From: an uncultured Gemmatimonadales bacterium
GTDB taxonomy: Bacteria > Gemmatimonadota > Gemmatimonadetes > Gemmatimonadales > GWC2-71-9
Assembly: GCA_963825055.1 (NCBI GenBank)
Contig: CAWGSK010000028.1
Span: 1 to 24,433 of the forward strand
Length of the DNA: 24,433 nucleotides
Direction of reading: 5' to 3'
How positions within the stretch are numbered: position 1 is the first letter of the stretch; every line of letters starts with the position of its first letter. Shown here piece after piece: positions 8,225-17,206 of this stretch. A model generated the notes under the pieces. The model worked only from the letters and a program-made list of their open reading frames with translations. It was not told the origin of the DNA and did not search any database. The position numbers were made by a program, and so were the translations under genes.

Positions 8225-8290
8225 CCGTCCGCCTGTCCGCCTGTCCGCCCGTCCGCCCTCCTAGTCCCTCCTAGTCCCTCCTAGTCCCTC
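8225..8290 (+). repeat. GTCCGCC(T/C) octamer x4 followed by CTAGTCCCTC x3
   Basis: Read directly; lies upstream of nfeD. Confidence 0.9.
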
Positions 8291-8343
8291 CCCCGGCCAG
8301 CCGTTACCTTGAAATGGCTATTCCTCATACCCCGGAGTGCCGC

Positions 8344-9651
8344 ATGCGGCGGGTGCTTTTCCTCACCATGGCGACGCTGCTGGCTGCCGCGCCCCTCGTG
8401 GCGCAGCAGCCGGTGGTCTACCGTGTGGACATCTCGGGCACGATCGAGAACGGGCTGGCACCGTACGTGGCCCGTGCGCTCCGGCAAGCCGATCAGGCCG
8501 GTGCCGCCGCCGTGGTGCTGGACATCAACACCCCCGGCGGCCGGGTGGACGCGGCTGAGCGCATCGTGGATGCCGTGCGCGCCACGACTGTCCCGGTGTA
8601 CGCCTGGATCCATCCGCGGGCCTACAGCGCCGGCGCCCTGATCGCCCTGTCCGCCGACAGTGTCTACATGACGTCGGGCGCGGTCTTCGGGGCGGCGACA
8701 CCCGTTGACGGGCAGGGCGTGAAGGCCCCCGAGAAGTACGTCTCAGCCATGCGCGGCGAATTCCGGGCCCTGGCCGAGGCCCGCGGGCTCGACCCGATGG
8801 TGGCCGAGGCGATGGTGGACGAGAGCGTGGATATCCCGCTGGCCCCCTCCGGCAGGCTCCTGACGCTGAGCACGACGGAGGCGCTGTCCGCGAAGTACGC
8901 CGACGGGATCGCGGAGGACCAGCCGGCGCTCCTCGCGGCCATCGGGCTGCCCGGCGCCGTCGTGACCGCGATCGACCTGAACTGGGCCGAAACTGTCGTC
9001 CGCTTCCTCACGAACCCCGTCGTTGCCCCGTTGCTCCTGTCCATCGGGATGATCGGCCTGATCTTCGAGATCAAGGCCGGCGCGTTCGGACTTGGCGCGG
9101 TGGTCGGGCTGCTCTCCCTCGGCCTCTTCTTCGGGAGCCACCTGCTCCTGGGGCTGGCAGGCTGGGAAGAGGTGATCCTGCTGATGCTCGGCGTGATCGC
9201 GCTGGCGCTGGAGGTGTTCGTGATCCCCGGGTTCGGTATCGCGGGCATCCTCGGTATCGTGATGATCGGTGCGTCATTCGTGCTGGCGATGCTCGGCGCC
9301 GTGCCGACGGGAGGCGACATCGTGCAGGCGCTCGCGGTGGTGGCGGCCAGCCTGATCATCGTCGTCGCGGTCGCGTACGCCTGGCTGCGGCACATTCCGG
9401 GGAGTTCACGGCTTCGCGGGCTGTTCCTGCACGATGCGCTGACCGGCACGGATGGCTACGTCAGCGCGCTGTCGCGTGGCGAACTGGTGGGGGTCGAAGG
9501 CGTGGCGGTGACCGACCTCAGGCCGTCCGGGACGGTCGCGGTGGGCGAGGAACGAATCGATGCCGTCACCGAAGGCGATTTCATCAAGGCGGGCAGCGCC
9601 GTGCGGATCCTGCGCGCGGAGGGCTACCGTCACGTGGTACGCGGGCTGTGA
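8344..9651 (+). CDS. nfeD: Long-form NfeD membrane-bound serine protease (YqeZ-like)
   Basis: Signal peptide, ClpP-like domain INTPGG / AYSAGALIALSAD, TM region with EVFVIPGFGIAG, and C-terminal OB fold TDLRPSG...DAVTEG. GGAG lies before ATG 8344. Confidence 0.93.
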   Translation: MRRVLFLTMATLLAAAPLVAQQPVVYRVDISGTIENGLAPYVARALRQADQAGAAAVVLDINTPGGRVDAAERIVDAVRATTVPVYAWIHPRAYSAGALIALSADSVYMTSGAVFGAATPVDGQGVKAPEKYVSAMRGEFRALAEARGLDPMVAEAMVDESVDIPLAPSGRLLTLSTTEALSAKYADGIAEDQPALLAAIGLPGAVVTAIDLNWAETVVRFLTNPVVAPLLLSIGMIGLIFEIKAGAFGLGAVVGLLSLGLFFGSHLLLGLAGWEEVILLMLGVIALALEVFVIPGFGIAGILGIVMIGASFVLAMLGAVPTGGDIVQALAVVAASLIIVVAVAYAWLRHIPGSSRLRGLFLHDALTGTDGYVSALSRGELVGVEGVAVTDLRPSGTVAVGEERIDAVTEGDFIKAGSAVRILRAEGYRHVVRGL

Positions 9652-9678
9652 GGCTTTCCCCTTTCTCCGGAGCGTAAC

Positions 9679-10686
9679 GTGGACGATTTCTCCCAGCTCG
9701 GCCCGGGCCTGGTCCTGGTCCTGGTCTTTCTCGGGTTCCTTTTCCTGGTGGTGTTCTTCCGGTTCATCCCGGTCGGCCTGTGGGTGACGGCACTCGCTTC
9801 CGGCGTGCGGGTGAAGTTCAGCACGCTGTTCGGGATGCGTTTCCGGAAGGTCAACCCGAGCAACATCGTCAACCCGCTCATCAACTCCTACAAGGCGGGG
9901 CTCGAACTCAGCATTAACGATCTGGAGGCCCATTACCTCGCGGGCGGAAACGTCGAGCGGGTCGTCCGCGCGCTGATCAGCGCCGACAAGGCCGGCATTC
10001 CACTCGGTTTCAAGCAGGCCGCGGCCATCGACCTGGCGGGCCGTGACGTGTTCGAGGCGGTGCAGGTGAGCGTGAACCCGAAAGTGATCACGACGCCCAA
10101 GGTGGCGGCGATGGCCAAGGACGGCATCCAGCTGCTCGCCCTGGCGCGGGTGACGGTGCGGGCGAACATCAATCGACTGGTGGGCGGCGCCGGCGAGGAA
10201 ACCATCCTGGCACGAGTCGGCGAGGGGATCGTGAGCACGATCGGCTCGGCGGCGAACCACAAGGCGGTGCTGGAGAACCCGGACAGCATCTCGAAGACCG
10301 TCCTGGCCAAGGGACTGGACGCGGGCACGGCGTTCGAGATTCTGTCCATCGACATCGCCGACGTGGACGTGGGCAAGAACATCGGCGCCGAGCTGCAGAC
10401 CGACCAGGCCGAGGCGGACAAGCGGATCGCGCAGGCCAAGGCGGAGGAGCGGCGCGCGCTCGCGGTGGCGATGGAGCAGGAGTTCCGCGCGGAGACCCAG
10501 AGCCAGCGGGCCAAGCTGATCGCCGCCGAGGCGCAGATCCCGCTGGCCATGGCCGATGCGTTCCGGAGCGGCAATCTCGGCGTGATGGACTACCAGCGCT
10601 ATCGCAACGTGGAAGCCGACACCATCATGCGGAAGGCGATCGCCGGGGAAGGGAACCCTCCGCCGCCGGCCCCGAGCGGGAGCTGA
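9679..10686 (+). CDS. floA: Flotillin-like protein FloA (YqfA)
   Basis: [71 protein letters not shown]. Confidence 0.96.
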   Translation: MDDFSQLGPGLVLVLVFLGFLFLVVFFRFIPVGLWVTALASGVRVKFSTLFGMRFRKVNPSNIVNPLINSYKAGLELSINDLEAHYLAGGNVERVVRALISADKAGIPLGFKQAAAIDLAGRDVFEAVQVSVNPKVITTPKVAAMAKDGIQLLALARVTVRANINRLVGGAGEETILARVGEGIVSTIGSAANHKAVLENPDSISKTVLAKGLDAGTAFEILSIDIADVDVGKNIGAELQTDQAEADKRIAQAKAEERRALAVAMEQEFRAETQSQRAKLIAAEAQIPLAMADAFRSGNLGVMDYQRYRNVEADTIMRKAIAGEGNPPPPAPSGS

Positions 10687-11271
10687 GTGGTGGAAGGTTT
10701 CAGCGGCCTCATCTTTCTCGGCATCGTCTACGCCGTGCTGGCGCTCATCAGCAAGGCGCAGAAGGGGCGGTCAAGTCAGACCGCCCGGAAAACGTCGAGG
10801 GGGAAGACCTGGTATCCCGACCCGCCGCCCGACCAGGTCCGGACGACCGGGACGCAGGCCGAAGGCGCCCGCCTCCAGGAACTGCTCAAGGCGATGGAAG
10901 GCGTGAAGGAGCGGGCAGCGCGGGGGCCGTCGGGCCGGGAGGCCGCCTACCGGCTCCCCGGCGCCGAGGAAGTGGAGGAGCGGGAGTCATTGGAGATCCA
11001 GCGCGCGCCCTACGTGCGCCCGGACCGTCCCGCGCCCGCGGGCAACGTCGTCGATTACGACGACGAGGCCAACGCGCTCGTCCAGCGGCGCATCCGGGAG
11101 GCCGAGGAGCGGAACCGCCCGCGCACCCGGGCGGACCACACCGCGTTCGACGCCCGGATCCGCCAGAAGCAGGCCGTCGCCGTCACCGGTGTGCCGGACC
11201 ATATCCAGCAGCTGCGGGATGCGATTATCTGGAAGGAAATCCTGGGGAAGCCGGTGAGCCTGAGAGACTAA
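10687..11271 (+). CDS. YqfB-like hypothetical protein, third gene of the nfeD-floA operon
   Basis: N-terminal TM helix, low-complexity middle, and the C-terminal LRDAIIWKEILGKPVSLR motif typical of this position. Confidence 0.8.
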   Translation: MVEGFSGLIFLGIVYAVLALISKAQKGRSSQTARKTSRGKTWYPDPPPDQVRTTGTQAEGARLQELLKAMEGVKERAARGPSGREAAYRLPGAEEVEERESLEIQRAPYVRPDRPAPAGNVVDYDDEANALVQRRIREAEERNRPRTRADHTAFDARIRQKQAVAVTGVPDHIQQLRDAIIWKEILGKPVSLRD

Positions 11272-11335
11272 AACAGCGTAAGCGGTGAACGGGATGTCAG
11301 GGTTGACACGGCTCGTGCGCGCTGACATTACGGTT

Positions 11336-11374
11336 GCTCACCGCTCACCGCTCACCGCTCACCGCTCACCGCTC
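11336..11374 (+). repeat. GCTCACC heptamer x5
   Basis: Overlaps the slt stop codon; complementary to AGCGGTGAACGG at 11281-11292. Confidence 0.93.
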
Positions 11375-13651
11375 CCACCCATACAGCGCCCGGTAAATCT
11401 CCATGTTCCGTATTACCAGCCTCACATAGTCCCGGGTCTCGCGGAACGGGATGCGCTCCGTGAACAACTCCGGGTCATCGCCGACGCCATGGCGGCTGTC
11501 CCACCGCTCCACCCGGCTCCGCCCTGCGTTGTACGCGGCGAGCACGTGGGGGAGGTCCGGGTAGTCGGCCAGCAGCTCCGACAGGTGCTGGATGCCCATC
11601 TGGAGGCTCACGCTCGGCTGGTAGAGCAGGACGGCATCCCACACGGGGTAGTGCAGGGTGCGGGCCATCTGCTCCCCGACCTGCGGCATCACCTGCATGA
11701 GGCCACGGGCGCCGGCACCGGAGGTCGCGCGCGGGTCGAAGGTGCTCTCCTGACGGATGAGCCCCGCGACGAGGGCCGGGTCCGCGCCATGCTCACGCGC
11801 GAGCCGGAGCAGGCCGTCCACTTCCAGGACGGGGAAGAGCAGCCGGTAGGTCACGGTGTCGGTCGGAGCCCCGCGGCCCAGGGCCCGGCTCGCGAGCTGG
11901 AGGGCACGGGCGGCATGATCGTGGGCGCTGAAGGCAGCCGCCGTGGCGAGCAGCCGTTCCGTGGACTCGCCGGACCGCCGCCCGAGGTCGTTCAGTTCGA
12001 GCAGGGACTCGTCGTCGAGGCCGAGGGAGTCGAGCGTCTCCGACCGCGCCATTGCGGCGGAGATGTCCTCGAACCCCCCGATCGTGGTGTTGCCGGCCGG
12101 GATCGCGAGCGGCACGCCGAGGCGGCGACCACTCCGGGTCGCGTAGTAGGTGTAAGGATTGCGCTGCAGGACGTCGCGCCACCGTTCCCGCGCGCGGGCA
12201 CTGTCGCCCGCCCGCTCCCAGGCGCGCCCTGACCAGTACCGCGCGCTCAGCGCGGCGTCGCTGTCGGGATACCGGGCAACGATGCTGTCGAACTCCGTCG
12301 CCGCCGTCTTCACCTCCCCGTGCGCATATGCGATGATGGCCGCGCTGAAGAGCGCGCTCGGCGTGAGGTTGACCCGGGGTGAGGCGCGGCCGGTGACCAG
12401 CAGGGTCTCGCGCGCGTCGTCGTCCCGGCCTTCATCGATGGCGAGGTCGGCCAGGAGAACGCGGGCGATCACGGCCGCTGCGTCGTTCGGGTAGCGCCGG
12501 AGGATGTTCCGGAGCTCGGTTCGCGAAGCGGAGAGGTTCCCCGCCCGGAGGATCGAGCGGGCCCGGAGATAGGCGGCGTCCGGGGCGAGCTCACCCGTCA
12601 CCCGCCCGTACTGCACGGCGGCGTCGTCGTAGCGGCCGACCCGTGCCAGGACATTGCCGTACAGCCAGCGGTCGCGCGACATGCCCTGGCCACCCGCGAA
12701 GGCGCGGGTGAAGGCCGTGATTGCGCGGTCCGACGGACCCCACGCCGCCGCAGCCCTGGCGATGGTGAGTTCGTCCTTCGCGGGGAGCTTCCCGAACACC
12801 CTCGTGAGCAGGTCGATCATGCCTTCCGGCGGGCGGCCGGTCCGCCCGATCCGGTCCATCATGCTGTCGCGTATGGCGGCCGAGTCTGCCCGACTGCGCG
12901 CGCGGGCAAGCTGGAGTTCGGCGACCCGCGTGTACCGGCCGAGGGCACGCTGGGCCCGGATGGCGCCGGTCGTGTCCCCGGCGCGGAGCGTGGCGCGCGC
13001 CTCGGTGAGTGCCACATGATCGACTGCCGGGGGGATGGCGATCGAACCGTAGCGGCCTGCCCGCCGCGCGCTGTCGGGTTCCACCACCATCGCCCTGAGG
13101 ACCAGCCAGTCCGCGATGGAAGGGAACAACTCCGCGGAGGCGAGGTAGAGCGCGCGAGCGCTGTCGGGCTGTTCGTTCCCGTCGAACGCGCGGGCCAGGA
13201 GGACCGTGCGGACCGCGCTGTCTTCCCGGGTCCGGGATGCCCGTAGGGCCGAGCGCGCCTCGGGGACGGCCCCGGTGAACTCGCGACGGCGGAGGGCGGC
13301 CCGGGCCAGAAGCTCGCGACCGCGGCCGTCGAACAGCGTGTCCAGCCAGGGCCTGCCCTGCAGCAGGTCCCGTACGCGGTCCCAGCCGCCCCAGCCCGCG
13401 GCGGCACGGGCGGCAATGATCTCGGCTTCGGGGGTGCGGCGGGCGGTATCGGCCAGGACTGGTGCGATGCGCAGGCTTGCCGTCCAGGAGAGCCCGTCGT
13501 CCAGCGCCTCCCGCGCTGCGTTCAAGGCCGGGTCGGGGCCGCGATCGGTCGTGTCGCCCTGCTGGGCGGCGCCGTCCCTCCAGTCACCGCATCCGCACAG
13601 GATGACGACGGTGGCCGTGACCATGGCCACCTGCCTCCGGAACGTCCTCAC
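11366..13651 (-). CDS. slt: Soluble lytic murein transglycosylase (Slt70-like, TPR repeats plus SLT domain), probable lipoprotein
   Basis: LIRQESTF (catalytic Glu), GARGLMQVMP, LAAYNAG and ERIPFRETRDYV; helical repeats; lipobox-like ILCGC. Confidence 0.92.
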   Translation of the reverse strand: MRTFRRQVAMVTATVVILCGCGDWRDGAAQQGDTTDRGPDPALNAAREALDDGLSWTASLRIAPVLADTARRTPEAEIIAARAAAGWGGWDRVRDLLQGRPWLDTLFDGRGRELLARAALRRREFTGAVPEARSALRASRTREDSAVRTVLLARAFDGNEQPDSARALYLASAELFPSIADWLVLRAMVVEPDSARRAGRYGSIAIPPAVDHVALTEARATLRAGDTTGAIRAQRALGRYTRVAELQLARARSRADSAAIRDSMMDRIGRTGRPPEGMIDLLTRVFGKLPAKDELTIARAAAAWGPSDRAITAFTRAFAGGQGMSRDRWLYGNVLARVGRYDDAAVQYGRVTGELAPDAAYLRARSILRAGNLSASRTELRNILRRYPNDAAAVIARVLLADLAIDEGRDDDARETLLVTGRASPRVNLTPSALFSAAIIAYAHGEVKTAATEFDSIVARYPDSDAALSARYWSGRAWERAGDSARARERWRDVLQRNPYTYYATRSGRRLGVPLAIPAGNTTIGGFEDISAAMARSETLDSLGLDDESLLELNDLGRRSGESTERLLATAAAFSAHDHAARALQLASRALGRGAPTDTVTYRLLFPVLEVDGLLRLAREHGADPALVAGLIRQESTFDPRATSGAGARGLMQVMPQVGEQMARTLHYPVWDAVLLYQPSVSLQMGIQHLSELLADYPDLPHVLAAYNAGRSRVERWDSRHGVGDDPELFTERIPFRETRDYVRLVIRNMEIYRALYGWER

Positions 13652-14199
13652 GAGGGCCGGCCCCGCTCCTCGTAGTTCCGGCGGGCGCGGACGATGTCCT
13701 CCCGGGCCGCCGCGGCGTCATCAAAGCCGCCAGTCTCGGTCCGGGTGCCTTCGAGGTCCTTGTACACCTGGAAGAAGTGCTCGATCTCGCGGAGCGTGTG
13801 CTTCGGAATGTCGGTGAGTTCGTTGATGTCGCGAAAGTACGGGTCCGATACAGGCACAGCCAGGATCTTCTCGTCGGGTGCTCCCAGATCGACCAGGTGA
13901 AAGACCCCGATCGGGCGCACATCCACCAGGCAGCCGGTGAACACCGGCTCTTTCATCAGGACCAGCACGTCGATCGGGTCGCCGTCTTCGGCCAGGGTAC
14001 GCGGCAGGAAACCGTAGTTGCCGGGGTAGTGCATGGCACTGTGGAGCAGCCGGTCCAGCCGGTACACGCCGAGCTCCTTGTCGAGCTCATACTTGTTGCG
14101 CTCGTTTGCCGGGATCTCGATCACGGCGGTGACCACGTCGGGAGGATTGGGGCCGGTGGGGAGGTCGTGCCAGGGGTGGAAAGGGCGGATGGTGGTCAT
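13648..14199 (-). CDS. ppa: Inorganic pyrophosphatase (family I)
   Basis: IEIP...NKYELDK, YPGNYGFLPRT, DGDPIDVLV, DEKILAVP and HFFQVYKDLE. Confidence 0.97.
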   Translation of the reverse strand: MTTIRPFHPWHDLPTGPNPPDVVTAVIEIPANERNKYELDKELGVYRLDRLLHSAMHYPGNYGFLPRTLAEDGDPIDVLVLMKEPVFTGCLVDVRPIGVFHLVDLGAPDEKILAVPVSDPYFRDINELTDIPKHTLREIEHFFQVYKDLEGTRTETGGFDDAAAAREDIVRARRNYEERGRPS

Positions 14200-14218
14200 G
14201 GGGGAAAGATAATTGGGC

Positions 14219-14276
14219 GGGGATCGGGGATCGGGGATCGGGAGGCGTGGGCGTTGAGTCGTTGAGTGGTTGAGTC
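14219..14276 (+). repeat. GGGGATC x3 and GTTGAGT(C/G) x3
   Basis: Read directly at 14219-14239 and 14253-14276. Confidence 0.88.
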
Positions 14277-14317
14277 GTAAACCCGCTGCCTTCGGCCCGC
14301 CCGCCTACCTTCCTGTC

Positions 14318-14932
14318 ATGTCCACTACCGCCGACCGGGTTGCCCTCGTCCGCCGGGGGCTTCTCCTCAGTTATGCCACCCTGGGCTACAACAGCCTCGA
14401 GGGCCTTGTCGCCATCGGGGCGGGCCTGGCGGCGGGCAGCATCGCGCTCGTGGGGTTCGGGGTAGACAGCGTGATCGAGCTGGGCGCCAGCCTTGCGGCC
14501 ATCTGGCGCCTCAAGTCGGACCTCGAGCCGGCGCGCCGGGCGCGCGCCGAGTATCGGACGCGCAGGATTGTCGGGTGGCTGTTCCTGGCTCTGGCGGCCT
14601 ATGTCGCGTGGGACGCGATTGCGTCGATCGCGGGGGGGCAGCGGCCGTCCGAGAGTACGGTCGGGATCGTCCTGGCCGCGCTTTCCCTCGTGGTCATGCC
14701 GCTCCTGGTGCGTGCGAAGCGCAGGGTGGCGCGGCAGCTGGGCAGCAGTGCCCTGTACGCCGAGGCGTCGCAGACGCTGATGTGCATGTGGCTGTCAGCT
14801 ATCCTGCTGGCCGGCCTGCTCCTGAATGCGCTGGCCGGCTGGTGGTGGGCCGATCCGGTGGCGGCGCTGGCCATGGTGCCGCTCATCGTGCGGGAGGGGG
14901 TGGAGGGCGTACAGGGCAGGGAGTGCTGCTGA
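14318..14932 (+). CDS. Cation diffusion facilitator-like transporter (TM domain only, TMEM163-like)
   Basis: YNSLEGLVAI, GSIALVGFGVDSVIE, AKRRVARQLGSSAL.AE..QT..C and GWWWADPVAAL; ends in CC. Confidence 0.88.
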   Translation: MSTTADRVALVRRGLLLSYATLGYNSLEGLVAIGAGLAAGSIALVGFGVDSVIELGASLAAIWRLKSDLEPARRARAEYRTRRIVGWLFLALAAYVAWDAIASIAGGQRPSESTVGIVLAALSLVVMPLLVRAKRRVARQLGSSALYAEASQTLMCMWLSAILLAGLLLNALAGWWWADPVAALAMVPLIVREGVEGVQGRECC

Positions 14933-14938
14933 ACCATT

Positions 14939-15012
14939 CCGGGCGGCTGCCCTGTCCGCCTGGTCACGCGGCTGAAGCCGCGGCTCGGCCGGACTGTCGC
15001 TTAAGCGACGGT
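14939..15012. repeat. Cluster of three short hairpins (REP-like / terminator)
   Basis: CCGGGCGG..CCGCCTGG; CGCGGCT-GA-AGCCGCG (14967-14982); ACTGTCGC-TTAA-GCGACGGT (14993-15012). Confidence 0.6.
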
Positions 15013-15063
15013 ACTCCGCAAGCGTTCACTTTCCTGCGCCCTGTCCGCCCCATCCGCCCGTCC

Positions 15064-15092
15064 TTGCCCTTCGCCCCCTCGCCCGCCACCTT
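15064..15092 (+). promoter_or_regulatory. Putative sigma70 promoter of the tRNA
   Basis: TTGCCC-N17-CACCTT, ending 8 nt before the tRNA. Confidence 0.45.
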
Positions 15093-15100
15093 TCCCCCCG

Positions 15101-15183
15101 GCCCGAGTGGCGGAATGGCAGACGCAGTGGACTCAAAATCCACCGGGGGCAACCCCATGCGAGTTCGACTCTCGCCTCGGGCA
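15101..15183 (+). tRNA. tRNA-Leu (anticodon CAA), CCA not encoded
   Basis: Acceptor GCCCGAG/CTCGGGC plus A; D arm TGGCGGAATGGCAGACGC; anticodon arm GTGGA-CTCAAAA-TCCAC; long variable arm GGGG-CAA-CCCC; T arm GCGAG-TTCGACT-CTCGC. Confidence 0.97.
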
Positions 15184-15399
15184 TGAACACCCAGGGAACA
15201 GGGAAGCGGCAACAGGGAAGAGGGATCGGGTGCGGCTTCCGCACCTGGTTCGCTCTTCCCTTTTGTTCGGCATATGCACTGGGTTGCAGAAGGAATTACC
15301 TGACCGGCCGCGCGAACTGCGAGGGCCGGGTCAGCCGTCCCGCTGGTCGGGCATGTCTATCCCACGTCGATAACACGGGTTATGCGTGGGAAGGCCGGC

Positions 15400-15414
15400 T
15401 GGCACGGTGGATGC
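15400..15414 (+). promoter_or_regulatory. Putative sigma54 (-24/-12) promoter
   Basis: TGGCACGGTGGATGC versus consensus TGGCACG-N4-TTGC, with correct GG/GC spacing. Confidence 0.55.
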
Positions 15415-15487
15415 CGCACCCTCACCGACCATCGCCTTGCCGAGTTCTTCTCCGGGGTGCCCCGTGGCCGATGCCCACCACGATCCG

Positions 15488-15952
15488 ATGTCGCATGAAG
15501 TCGACCGGCTGCTCGCCCAGCTGGGCGATTCGCGCGATCCTGATTCCAACGACATGATCTTCGCGACCCCGACGCCACGCCGGCTCCCGACGCCCAAAGT
15601 CGGGGGCGGCGGACACCGTGGCGCGGTTGCCGGACCCGCCCCCGCCCGTTCCGAGCGCTGGCTGCTGGCGCTTCGCGTCGTGCTCGCCTGCACGCTGGCC
15701 ATCGCGATGACCCAGTGGCCCTACGCCCGCGCCTGCGGCTGGTCGCTGGCCGGATACCTGGCGGCGGTGCTGTCGGTGATCGTGGCCGGGACCTGGGCGG
15801 CCACTGCCTCGTGGGTCCAACGCATCTGGTGGACTCACGTGCTCGCCCTCCTGGTGATCCTGGCCGGACTCGCCATGACGGCAGAGCGGGTGCTTCCCAG
15901 GGTCGGGTATGCCGCCGTTTCCGCTTCCTGGAGCTGCCCCGCCCGGCGGTAG
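15488..15952 (+). CDS. Hypothetical membrane protein (about 3 TM helices)
   Basis: EVDRLLAQL helix, Pro-rich linker, and TM helices with WPYARACG and VLPRVGYA...W.C. Start uncertain (GTG 15464 or ATG 15488). Confidence 0.8.
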   Translation: MSHEVDRLLAQLGDSRDPDSNDMIFATPTPRRLPTPKVGGGGHRGAVAGPAPARSERWLLALRVVLACTLAIAMTQWPYARACGWSLAGYLAAVLSVIVAGTWAATASWVQRIWWTHVLALLVILAGLAMTAERVLPRVGYAAVSASWSCPARR

Positions 15953-16004
15953 CCCGGCGTGCTCTATTGCTTCACGGGCTTCCGCGCGCCATGTTCCACC
16001 TCCC

Positions 16005-16583
<579 letters not shown>

Positions 16584-16588
16584 GGGGG

Positions 16589-17173
16589 CTACTTCGGCTC
16601 CACCGCAACGAACGTTCCCTCGATCCTGAGCCGTCCCGTCTCCGGCTCTCCGTCGGTGACGGTCCATCCATCCAGCATGAACGAGCCGGTGAGCTTCCCG
16701 CTCTCCAGGGATGTGAAGACGAGAGTCCCTGAGTCGGGAACCATCGTGTGACCGGTCGTGTCCACCTTGGCGAACCAGCCGCCGGCGAAGTGGCGTCCCT
16801 CGAGCTCCCCGTTCATGAGCGCCGCCGACAGGGCGATCACGGGCCACGCGCCGAGTTCCGGTGGGCCGTCGTGGCTTGCCCAGACCAGGCACTGTCCTCC
16901 GTTCCCTTCGAACGTTCCCATCATCAGTATCAGGTCGCCATCCCGCTCCACGCCCCAGACGGCCTGGCCCTTCACCGGCGTCCCGCCGACATCGGCGGAG
17001 AACGAGGAGCCTTCCGAGGCGGCAAGCTCCGCGGGGTCGCACGCAAAGCGCAGTTGCCGGGTCAGGTCGAGCAGGTCGGCTCTGCCGGGGGGAAGTTGCG
17101 GGTCATCCTGGGCGGCCGCTGGCATGGTGGCGACGGCGAGCAGCAGTGCGAGGAGGGAGGTGCAGGTTCGCAT
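16589..17173 (-). CDS. Hypothetical secreted protein
   Basis: GGAG RBS, signal peptide ending AAAQ, and a beta-rich mature region (SGTLVFTS...LTGSF...IEGTF). Confidence 0.8.
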   Translation of the reverse strand: MRTCTSLLALLLAVATMPAAAQDDPQLPPGRADLLDLTRQLRFACDPAELAASEGSSFSADVGGTPVKGQAVWGVERDGDLILMMGTFEGNGGQCLVWASHDGPPELGAWPVIALSAALMNGELEGRHFAGGWFAKVDTTGHTMVPDSGTLVFTSLESGKLTGSFMLDGWTVTDGEPETGRLRIEGTFVAVEPK

Positions 17174-17206
17174 GGCGGGCTCCTTGGACGAGTACGATCG
17201 CTGGCC

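Noticed and set aside
15101..15400. Integrative element at tRNA-Leu
   Set aside because: No integrase, no duplicated tRNA 3' end seen in the window, and downstream genes have host-like composition.
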